Source of the DNA: Christensenellaceae bacterium
GTDB taxonomy: Bacteria > Bacillota > Clostridia > Christensenellales > DTU072
Assembly: GCA_031259085.1 (NCBI GenBank)
Contig: JAIRMA010000037.1
Span: forward strand, 1,455-65,454
DNA length: 64,000 bases
Direction: 5' to 3'
Shown here: positions 9,889-18,328 of the stretch, piece after piece
How positions within the stretch are numbered: the stretch's first letter is position 1
Layout of the letters: each line of letters begins with the position of its first letter
Program-made: the position numbers and the translations under genes
The notes under the pieces: generated by a model
The model's database searches: none
What the model was told of the DNA's origin: nothing
Seen by the model: only the letters and a program-made list of their open reading frames with translations

Positions 9889-9961
9889 TTAATTATCAGA
9901 GTAGGTGCAGTTCTTTAGGAAAATCCTGCACTGAACTTAGATACCTCAAAAAACTGCATTT
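9889..9961 (+). repeat. Intergenic repeat copy c3 (direct with c1, inverted with c2)
   Basis: TTAATTATCAGAGTAGGTGCAGTTCTTTAGGAAAATCCTGCACTGAACTTAGATACCTCAAAAAACTGCATTT aligns with c1 along its full length and ends in the same AACTGCATTT. Confidence 0.7.
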
Positions 9962-10648
9962 AACATGAGAAAATAGTGGCTAGATTTCATTATTGACAAA
10001 CTGTATAAAAGGTATTATATTTTAAAAATTGAGTGTTACAAGGTAGGATCGCATGCATTAAAATTATAGTTAAATATCTTTTAAATAGCATCAAACAATT
10101 GTAAAATTATCCTATTTTTCCTTTAAAAAAATAAAATCACGTAGGAAAATTGTAGCATCTTAGAAATAAGAGGGATTCCTATCTTATTATTAATATTGTA
10201 TAGAATGTTTTTTTTTATTTTTGAGTTTTCTACATGCATGATCCATTGGCATAGCGTTTAGTACTATCTTGTGTTATTATAATCGCTAATTTAGCCCATT
10301 TTTAGCATTAATTTTAAATTAATAACTTTTACTGCTGGAATTAGACAGATTAAATTTGGGTGAGCATCACTCCTAGATATTATCAATGATGTTGTGTCTT
10401 TTGCAAGCCGTTTATTGTCGTAATTGAATTGCCGCGCTACATCATTAACTCTTCATTTTGAGTGTTTGTTTTCATGCTTAATTGGAGCAACTTCGTACAT
10501 ACAAATATCACGTTCATTACGCTCATACGGGCTGTATTTAGGAACAGAAATGGAATCAATCAATTTCAAACTTAACTACATGTGCTAATTTATGTATTAC
10601 ACGCATTATATATCATTCGTTGTTTTATTTAATAATCAGCACTGCCTA

Positions 10649-11341
10649 TTATACATGAAATATTCGCTTTAATTGTGATATTATTTGTTTAGAAGAAAAT
10701 ATAAGTGACAATATTATTATAGTAACAGCAAGAGTGCCCGTGACACTTGAAAAAATCAAATTTGGGCGAGCAGTTGAATCTGTGACTATATTAATAACAA
10801 ATGGAAAAATACCAAGGAGCGCTACGAATACTAGATTTATTAAGTGTCTTGACATCATCTTAAAGTGGATTAAAGTAAATATGCCAAGTATTATAATAGA
10901 TGTTAAATATATAGCTGGCAAAATATATTCATAAATAACAAGAGGGCTAGTGAATGCTGTTGGTAACGTAAACGATATTGCCGTCAGAAGCAATGTTTGA
11001 AATACGACTTTTTGCGTTAAATGGTTAGTCCCACGTATAGTATATCTAATTAAAAAATACAAATAAAGGAGTCCTGCAAGTGTCACCCAAAAGAATCTGA
11101 ATGATTCTAATAAAATGAATGTTATAAGCATTGTTATTGCAATACATATAGAAATAACTAAATAAATTTTGTCAAAGAGTGCCGTTGCAAATGCAGGAGC
11201 TTTACTGAGCGGTGGGAAATAACGTGGGAGACGTAGCATCTGCATATCATCGATATTACTATCGTTAACTAATATTTTATGGCACAGGGGGCATTTATAT
11301 GCTCTGCACCCAATTTCAATACCACAATCAGGGCATGTCAT
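10649..11341 (-). CDS. Zinc-ribbon membrane protein (N-terminal CxxC...CxxC, then ~6 TM helices), unknown function
   Basis: MTCPDCGIEIGCRAYKCPLCHK is followed by hydrophobic helices. The start overlaps the cysS stop (ATGA at 11338-11341), which implies translational coupling. Confidence 0.7.
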   Translation of the reverse strand: MTCPDCGIEIGCRAYKCPLCHKILVNDSNIDDMQMLRLPRYFPPLSKAPAFATALFDKIYLVISICIAITMLITFILLESFRFFWVTLAGLLYLYFLIRYTIRGTNHLTQKVVFQTLLLTAISFTLPTAFTSPLVIYEYILPAIYLTSIIILGIFTLIHFKMMSRHLINLVFVALLGIFPFVINIVTDSTARPNLIFSSVTGTLAVTIIILSLIFSSKQIISQLKRIFHV

Positions 11342-12744
11342 TCTTTTTCACCCTCTTTTGATATAGTAAAACCGTCCTTAGTATCAATTATTAAATACCC
11401 GTTTTTGGATATTTCTGATCGGATCTTATCAGCTAATACGTAATCTTTATTGCGTTTTGCGAAAGACCGCTTGTTTGCTAATTCTAAAATTTCGATTGGT
11501 ATAGTGTCCTCGGATTTTTTCTGAGTCAAATCAGGAACATTATCTAACGCCAAACCAAATATAGCATCAAATTCTATGGCAAGATCATAAATGCAACGAC
11601 TTTTTGGCTCTTTTAGGATTGTAAACAAAATGCCTAAAGCTAGTGGCACGTTCAAATCATCCTCTATGGCCTCTTTGAATGATTTTCTGTAATTATTCAA
11701 TATTTCTTTATCAGTCTCTATGGTAGATTCTTTGTGTTTAGCTAATTGCTGTCCTAAATTTTCACGTGTTTTTTTTGCAGCATCCATGCCAACAAAAGTA
11801 AAATTTAATTTGCTCCTGTAATGAGCATTCAAGCAAAAATATCTAAAATCTAATGCACTATATCCTCTCTCTTCTAAGTCGGATATGGTGTATGTGTTTT
11901 TTAGACTTTTACTCATTTTCCCACCGTCAACCAACATGAATTCTCCATGCATCCAATAATTAACAGATTGTTTTTTTGATATTGCCTCGTTTTGAGCAAT
12001 TTCATTTTCATGATGAATTGGAATATGATCAACACCACCTGTATGAATGTCAAATGTTTCACCTAGGTATTTTTGGCTCATTACAGAACATTCAATATGC
12101 CATCCTGGATAACCCTCGCCCCAAGGGCTATCCCATCTCATAATATGCAATGGCTCAGCTTTTTTCCATAACGCAAAATCCGCGGGGTGTCTCTTTTCAT
12201 TATTCACTTCTACCCTAATACCAGCAATTTGATCATCTAATTTAGCACCACTTAATATCCCGTATTTAGGGAACTTTGATCTATCAAAATAGATGCCATC
12301 ACTTATCTCATATGCATAACCGTTTTGAATTAACTTTTCTACATAACTAATCATTTCATTTACATGATCAGTGGCCTTTACTATTATTTCAGGTTTTTCA
12401 ATATTTAATTTTTCTAGGTCAATATAAAAAGCATCGGTGTACATCTCAGCAATTTCAATTGGTGTTTTGTTCAACTCTCTTGCTGCTGAATCCATTTTAT
12501 CTTCACCAGAGTCAGCATCAGCCATCAAATGCCCAACATCAGTAATATTCATCACACCTTTAATCTTGAATCCCTCAAACTTAAGTAACCGTCTAACAAG
12601 ATCCATGAAAATATATGTTCGTAAATTACCAATATGAGCATAACTATATACTGTCGGCCCACATGAATACATACAAACAAGCTCAGGTATTATAGATTTA
12701 AATTCTTGTTTAGTTCGTGTCAGAGTATTATAAACTTTTAACAT
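11338..12744 (-). CDS. cysS: Cysteine--tRNA ligase
   Basis: 468 aa. Class I signatures HIGNLRTY and KMSKS. WHIECS zinc/cysteine-binding motif. Confidence 0.95.
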   Translation of the reverse strand: MLKVYNTLTRTKQEFKSIIPELVCMYSCGPTVYSYAHIGNLRTYIFMDLVRRLLKFEGFKIKGVMNITDVGHLMADADSGEDKMDSAARELNKTPIEIAEMYTDAFYIDLEKLNIEKPEIIVKATDHVNEMISYVEKLIQNGYAYEISDGIYFDRSKFPKYGILSGAKLDDQIAGIRVEVNNEKRHPADFALWKKAEPLHIMRWDSPWGEGYPGWHIECSVMSQKYLGETFDIHTGGVDHIPIHHENEIAQNEAISKKQSVNYWMHGEFMLVDGGKMSKSLKNTYTISDLEERGYSALDFRYFCLNAHYRSKLNFTFVGMDAAKKTRENLGQQLAKHKESTIETDKEILNNYRKSFKEAIEDDLNVPLALGILFTILKEPKSRCIYDLAIEFDAIFGLALDNVPDLTQKKSEDTIPIEILELANKRSFAKRNKDYVLADKIRSEISKNGYLIIDTKDGFTISKEGEKE

Positions 12745-12779
12745 AAATTACCTTTTGATTATACATATGTTTAATTTCA

Positions 12780-13472
12780 TTATAGTTTTGAACTATCTAA
12801 TGGGTCCTCAATATAATCACTGTCTTCTGCAATTGAATACTTACAACCAGTGATTCCAATCGAATCCTCAACGGAGTTTAAACGATTACAAATTCTTTTT
12901 ATTTCGTCTAATATAGGATCAGGAGACTTTTCATTCTGATTTGTGTCAAATTTTTGTCCAAACATTCTAACAACGCGTCCAGGCACGCCAACTACAGTGC
13001 AATCTGGTGGAACACTCTTTAATACGACTGATCCAGCCCCAATTTTAGAGTTTGCACCAATCGTAACGGGTCCTAATATTTTGGCCCCTGCTGAAATCAT
13101 TACATTATTCTCAACAGTAGGATGTCGCTTTCCCACATCTTTTCCTGTCCCGCCTAGCGTCACACCTTGATAAATAACAACATTATCACCAATCTCTGCG
13201 GTCTCACCTATTACAACGCCATCACCATGATCAATAAAAACACCTTTGCCTATAATGGCACCAGGATGAATATCAATCCCAGTAATATGCTTTGCTCTAG
13301 CCATAATTAGTCGAGGAATAAGTCTCCATCCTCTAATATATAATTTATGAGCTAACCTGTATCGTGCCAGCGCCTTTATACCATCATATGTTAAAAGAAT
13401 CTCAAGCTTGTTTCGAGCAGCAGGATCTCGTGCCATTGCTACTCTAATGTCATTTTTGATATTATTAAACAT
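12780..13472 (-). CDS. cysE: Serine O-acetyltransferase
   Basis: 230 aa. N-terminal [16 protein letters not shown]...YRLAHKL helical domain, then hexapeptide left-handed beta-helix repeats ([34 protein letters not shown]...). Confidence 0.9.
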   Translation of the reverse strand: MFNNIKNDIRVAMARDPAARNKLEILLTYDGIKALARYRLAHKLYIRGWRLIPRLIMARAKHITGIDIHPGAIIGKGVFIDHGDGVVIGETAEIGDNVVIYQGVTLGGTGKDVGKRHPTVENNVMISAGAKILGPVTIGANSKIGAGSVVLKSVPPDCTVVGVPGRVVRMFGQKFDTNQNEKSPDPILDEIKRICNRLNSVEDSIGITGCKYSIAEDSDYIEDPLDSSKL

Positions 13473-13507
13473 ATCCCCCGTCCTTTTTAAAATGCATCAG
13501 TATATTT

Positions 13508-13540
13508 AACAAGTGCGTCCATTAGATGGACGCACTTGTT
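13508..13540 (-). terminator. Perfect 14-bp hairpin between the upstream membrane-protein gene and cysE
   Basis: AACAAGTGCGTCCA-TTAGA-TGGACGCACTTGTT. The T-run is better on the + strand reading (AATTAAATTTTTATTTT) than on the - strand, so function as a minus-strand intrinsic terminator is uncertain. Confidence 0.5.
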
Positions 13541-13566
13541 AATTAAATTTTTATTTTCTCTTTTTA

Positions 13567-15060
13567 TCATGTGGCCCGCCGTTGTTGATTTACAGGAGCC
13601 CTAGCATTAGGCGGCATCATCATCTGCCCTGCTACAGCTGGCCTTTGATATTGAGGAGCTTGTCCTTGCCTGCCTCCGCCTGCTGCTGCTCTTTGTCCAG
13701 GCTTTGTTGGGATGTTATTACCTCTAAAGGTATGCGCCCTATTGCCCTTTGGTACATACGATGGAGCCTTGAATGCTCGATTCTTGAAGAATTTAGGCAA
13801 GAACATATATAATAGTACCAGACCTGCGAACATAATTAGTAAGTAATTAACACCGATTAAACCAGTTTTCTGAAGGAAAGAGTCCCACAAGAAAGTAAAA
13901 TATGTAGATATGTCTGTACTTAAAACCGAATTTTCAAAACTGTTCATTAAAGAGAATACAGGACAAATAATCATCATTATTATACTTATCAGTAGAATTA
14001 TAGGCACAGCATGATATCTTCTAGATGTGTGTGTAAACATACGCGCAATATTAATTATAATCTCGAGGAAACAACATATCATTGCTATGTAGAAGAATAT
14101 AATTGTTGCATATGTCGCAAGGTTATTAACGATATTAACTGCATTCCACTTCCCATTAGCATCTTTTTGGATCTTCAAAATGTCTTCTCGTTGCGAAATA
14201 AACATTCGATAATACCAAGATATTCGAGAACGCTCAGTTGGAAACAGGAAATTCTCTAAAGGTGTGATCTCATATTTTTTTACTATGTCTGTGTAAAATA
14301 CAGCTTTCATAACATCAATGCCTGTTATGTTTATTGATGTCATATTAAGATTTTTATTTAACCATACAGATTCAGGAATAACACCGTCTTCTGTCTCGTA
14401 TTTTGTTCCTTTAGCAATAGCATTTTCAGGTTGCGCAAAAGTGCCAGAAGGCCACAAACCATCATTGGGTACCAGAAAATCGTCCTCTGCGGTCAACTTA
14501 AAATATAATACGCTCGACGGCATGAGACGAGGCAATGCAGTAGTCTCTGCCATTTCGTTTAATGAGGTTTCAATACTATCAAGTGTCGTATCGGGCATGA
14601 TGACGCTAAATAACGAGAGTAGTACAAATATAATTGTAAATATTAGAGATATTAATGGCAGTGCAACCCCATAGTATCTTGATCTTCTAAAATATGCATC
14701 AAAATCAAAATCAATACTTTCATATGAATCAACATACTTTCCTACTTTATTTGGTACTTGCCCAGCGTGCAAAGAGTATCTGCCAGTTCCTTGATTTTTT
14801 GCTTGTTGATATGCTGCCATCTGGTTTGCAAGAATATCACTATTATAATTTCCAGCTTCTACTTTTGCTAAAAGCCTTTTATACTGAGCACGACGGGTCT
14901 TTAATCTCGCTCTAGAATAAGGAGATGTTGCTTCGCCAATATCATAACGCAACTCTCCTATTTTTCTTTTCAGCAAGTCGATAAGAACAGCTTCGTCACG
15001 TTCGCTCCAACGCGCACTAAATTGTTTATTGTCCGCTAATCGCTCTTGTGCCATACGCAA
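13567..15060 (-). CDS. Multi-pass membrane protein with a soluble N-terminal domain and a Pro/Gln/Ala/Arg-rich disordered tail; unknown function
   Basis: 497-aa ORF. About 130 aa of charged N-terminus, hydrophobic helices around a ~170-aa loop, and C-terminal ...KPGQRAAAGGGRQGQAPQYQRPAVAGQMMMPPNARAPVNQQRRAT. No family recognised. Confidence 0.6.
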   Translation of the reverse strand: MRMAQERLADNKQFSARWSERDEAVLIDLLKRKIGELRYDIGEATSPYSRARLKTRRAQYKRLLAKVEAGNYNSDILANQMAAYQQAKNQGTGRYSLHAGQVPNKVGKYVDSYESIDFDFDAYFRRSRYYGVALPLISLIFTIIFVLLSLFSVIMPDTTLDSIETSLNEMAETTALPRLMPSSVLYFKLTAEDDFLVPNDGLWPSGTFAQPENAIAKGTKYETEDGVIPESVWLNKNLNMTSINITGIDVMKAVFYTDIVKKYEITPLENFLFPTERSRISWYYRMFISQREDILKIQKDANGKWNAVNIVNNLATYATIIFFYIAMICCFLEIIINIARMFTHTSRRYHAVPIILLISIIMMIICPVFSLMNSFENSVLSTDISTYFTFLWDSFLQKTGLIGVNYLLIMFAGLVLLYMFLPKFFKNRAFKAPSYVPKGNRAHTFRGNNIPTKPGQRAAAGGGRQGQAPQYQRPAVAGQMMMPPNARAPVNQQRRAT

Positions 15061-15341
15061 CTCCTTGTTAGTGAAATAAATACTCCTAAAATTGATGCAT
15101 TTTGCAAAAAAATGAGTATGGAGTTAGTTTATACTATTATATTATATAACTTGCGACGAAAAATATCAAGTTTTATATTAAATTATATCATTTATTTTTA
15201 ACAAATTTGAATGTTGAGACTACAATTTGTTTTATTATCATATGATTTGTTTTATTTGTATCACATTTCTGAGCATTTGAAAATCTCCAAACCTCTGTAG
15301 GTATCAAATTTCCACAATTATGAATGTGCGTTGTTCTTTTA

Positions 15342-16058
15342 TCAATTGACATGGTTTATAGAATCTATTTTGTTTTTCACTAAACCTTTATCTCTTGTTT
15401 TAGTCATTTCATAAGCATTACCTCCTGCATTTAACGCACCTAGGAGCACCTCATTTTTAAAAACTAGAGCTGCTAAATTTTCGATACAGTATGCACTTGT
15501 AATGTCTTCTGAAGTTGACATTATAGAATTAAACTCGGCTTGCCGCTCGTTGTAGTGAGGCACAGCAAATCCATTTAAAACACTTAATCCTTTCATTCTC
15601 ACATATTCAGTAGAACCTGTTAAGATTTCAGAGTCAGAAAAGAATTCTCTAAACCAACAAATTGCGCCAGCTGAGACGCCAGTGATAATTACCCCAGAAT
15701 TGTAGGCTTCCTTTATTTTATCAATTATTCCAGTTTGATTAAATACCTTGAGTAAAAGTTTTGTGTCTCCACCGCCCACATAAATCAAATCAGCAACATC
15801 GATTTTCTCTTTGATTTTATCAATCGAATCTTTGTTTTTTATTAATAACCCTACATCTGCTTTTAATCCGTAAACTGAAGTATATATCTTTCTAAATGAA
15901 TTATAGTATGGCAAACTATCACTACTAGCTGTCGGCAAGAAAAGCGCATTAGCCCGGCCTTTTGCGCGCTCACACGCAAGACCAGCAATGTATTTATCAA
16001 TCTCTAGTGTTTCTTTGAATTTTAGTTGGCCTCCACCAATTGCAATTATTGTCCTCAT
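15342..16058 (-). CDS. Peptidase S51 (dipeptidase E / cyanophycinase-like) family protein
   Basis: IYVGGGDTKLLL...ITGVSAGAICW...VPHYN matches the PepE GGGNT / SAGA nucleophile / His pattern. Confidence 0.75.
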   Translation of the reverse strand: MRTIIAIGGGQLKFKETLEIDKYIAGLACERAKGRANALFLPTASSDSLPYYNSFRKIYTSVYGLKADVGLLIKNKDSIDKIKEKIDVADLIYVGGGDTKLLLKVFNQTGIIDKIKEAYNSGVIITGVSAGAICWFREFFSDSEILTGSTEYVRMKGLSVLNGFAVPHYNERQAEFNSIMSTSEDITSAYCIENLAALVFKNEVLLGALNAGGNAYEMTKTRDKGLVKNKIDSINHVN

Positions 16059-16060
16059 AA

Positions 16061-16969
16061 TTATCTTTTTGCACGATTTATTTCTAGTTTAAGGTCGTTT
16101 TCATCTACATTTGTAGATAGACAGCCATACATACTAACACACTTTGCGCCTAACATATTAGCAATAAAAACAGATGTGTTTATGTCAAAATTATTATATA
16201 ATCCATATGCAAATCCCGATAAGAAAGCGTCCCCTGCCCCAGTAGCGTCGACATACTGATAATCGGTTGATGGAGGAATGTGTTTAACCCTTGCATTTTG
16301 AAAGATATATGCGCCATCTTTATCAGCAGTGATAATAACTAATGGTACTATTTTGTTCAAAACGTATCCAGCTTTTATAAAATCATTCTCTCTAGTCATT
16401 TTAATAGCTTCTGATCTATTAGGTAAAAACACATCTGCTAACTCTAGCTCTCTTATGTATTTTGTAATAGAAGCGTTAGAGTCATATCCTATATCTAAGA
16501 GCAATTTAGTGCCTTCACTTTTGAGTTTAGAATATACATCATGATATAATCCTATTTCCATTATGACAGCAAAAGCACCTTTGCAATTTTCATATAGAAT
16601 TTCCTCTGAATCAGAGCCTTTTCTAATTTTTTGCCCATAACTAATAAATGTACGATCATTAGATGTGACTAATGATATAGATATATTTGTGTTAAAAGCT
16701 GAACTCCCCCTCAAATCGATAGGGATCAATCCAGATTTCTTTATTTCATTGATAGCAAAGTTTGAAAATATGTCACTCGCTTGGTATGTTAATAACTTAG
16801 TAGGAATTCCTAATTTTGATAGTGTTATTATTGAGCCAACTGCGCCCCCACCTAATCGCATTTCAAAATTCTTAGAATAAATTTCGGTCCCCTCATCAGG
16901 CAATTTTTCTAATCCTGAAAATATAAGATCTATATTACAAATCCCAGATCCTGCAATAAACCCACTCAT
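16061..16969 (-). CDS. PfkB-family carbohydrate/riboside kinase
   Basis: 302 aa. C-terminal DATGAGDAF signature and an N-terminal GG dipeptide motif (RLGGGAVGS). Confidence 0.85.
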   Translation of the reverse strand: MSGFIAGSGICNIDLIFSGLEKLPDEGTEIYSKNFEMRLGGGAVGSIITLSKLGIPTKLLTYQASDIFSNFAINEIKKSGLIPIDLRGSSAFNTNISISLVTSNDRTFISYGQKIRKGSDSEEILYENCKGAFAVIMEIGLYHDVYSKLKSEGTKLLLDIGYDSNASITKYIRELELADVFLPNRSEAIKMTRENDFIKAGYVLNKIVPLVIITADKDGAYIFQNARVKHIPPSTDYQYVDATGAGDAFLSGFAYGLYNNFDINTSVFIANMLGAKCVSMYGCLSTNVDENDLKLEINRAKR

Positions 16970-18327
16970 TTTAGCCTCGTAATGAGATAATTCTTGTTAT
17001 GTTCAAAATACTTTGTTGCTAATTCATCTGCTAATGCATAGGAACCGACCATTGGGTTTACATATAAGGCATCAACAGCTAAATCAAAATCAGCATTCAA
17101 AATCGCTTTTGAAGCCAATCTCTCATATAATTTTACTTGCTTTATTAATTGTAAATTAACATCTGGGATTTCGTGTATTTTGTGTGGTATACATGACGTT
17201 TTAGTTACAGAACATGACACCTCTATGATATCATCATCATCTAATTGCATTATAGCTTTGTTTTTGTTCGGAACGCATAATATCATATCCCCGCCATTAT
17301 CAGTCAATTCAAGCTCAATATATTTCAATGCAATATCAGCATAGCCACCGTCATTATCAGATTCAATATCAAAACTCCATTTTTTTTTGCGAGCCATACC
17401 AGTTTCATTAGCCATGTACGCTTTTTCCCTTTTACCATACCATTTTGAAAACACTTTAATAGATTCATCAAAATTGTTTTTGACATGTTCCTCTTTTAAT
17501 TCCCGAGTCATTTTAATGTTTAAATCTAAAATAATTTCGCCTCTTGATTTCCCGCTCCTTATGATATTAAATAAAGCTTTTTCTGGATAATAATAGTAAT
17601 ACAAATATTCGTTTGGAATAAATCCATTACGTTTTAACAAATTAGGATTGAAATATCTCAAATCTGAATTCATAATAATGTTCGATGATTCCAAAATCAA
17701 GCGCGTTACATCTTTTCCATCTGAATAAACATTATTAAAAAAAGATAAATGGTTAAGTCCATAACATTCACCATTCACCTCCTTCCCCATTATATTGCTG
17801 AAATTTTTCAACATACCAGACGGGGCATCGCATATGCCAAAAGCAAAATTGAATCCAGCATCATATAACCCTTGAGAGACTAAACCCGCAGGGTTTGTAA
17901 AATTAAAAACTTTACAGTTGGGTTTTGATAAATTCTTTATCTTTTGACAATAGTCTACCAATACAGGAATGCTTCGCATAGCAAATGAAAATCCTGCTGC
18001 GCCTACTGTTTCTTGTCCTAAAACACGACATCGAAGTGCTATTCTTTCGTCGCGGGCTCGCATTAAGTCGCCACCCGCACGTATAGTTGTGATTACATAA
18101 TCCGCATCCTTTAATGCCGAATCAATATTTAGTGTGAGTGAAAATTTAACTTCTGGAGCTTTTAATTCAAATATCTTTTTTGAGAGAGCTCCATAAACAT
18201 CGAGCCTCTCATTATCAATATCCATGAATACAACTTCTGTGATTGACAAATAAGATGCTCTTTTCGCTATGCTCTTAGCTAAAAACATGGAGCGTACTCC
18301 ACCACCGCCGATTACTGTTAGCTTCAT
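16966..18327 (-). CDS. Glycoside hydrolase family 4 (NAD+/Mn2+-dependent 6-phospho-glycosidase type)
   Basis: MKLTVIGGGGVRS Rossmann start, then NFTNPAG, GICDAP and YGLNH motifs. The ATG sits 1 nt after the purL stop. Confidence 0.8.
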   Translation of the reverse strand: MKLTVIGGGGVRSMFLAKSIAKRASYLSITEVVFMDIDNERLDVYGALSKKIFELKAPEVKFSLTLNIDSALKDADYVITTIRAGGDLMRARDERIALRCRVLGQETVGAAGFSFAMRSIPVLVDYCQKIKNLSKPNCKVFNFTNPAGLVSQGLYDAGFNFAFGICDAPSGMLKNFSNIMGKEVNGECYGLNHLSFFNNVYSDGKDVTRLILESSNIIMNSDLRYFNPNLLKRNGFIPNEYLYYYYYPEKALFNIIRSGKSRGEIILDLNIKMTRELKEEHVKNNFDESIKVFSKWYGKREKAYMANETGMARKKKWSFDIESDNDGGYADIALKYIELELTDNGGDMILCVPNKNKAIMQLDDDDIIEVSCSVTKTSCIPHKIHEIPDVNLQLIKQVKLYERLASKAILNADFDLAVDALYVNPMVGSYALADELATKYFEHNKNYLITRLK

Positions 18328-18328
18328 A

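Noticed and set aside
10330-10600. Possible gene relic on the minus strand (…ISVPKYSPYERNERDICMYEVAPIKHENKHSK* then RVNDVARQFNYDNKRLAKDTTSLII…), which might be a recombinase or transposase remnant near the tRNA
   Set aside because: It is slightly G+C-richer than its surroundings, but I could not match the fragments to any family and they contain stops. Not supportable without BLASTX.
13473-13566. T-box or Cys-responsive leader upstream of cysE-cysS
   Set aside because: The intergenic space is only 94 nt and is occupied by a single perfect hairpin. That is too short for a T-box, and no specifier or T-box sequence was seen.
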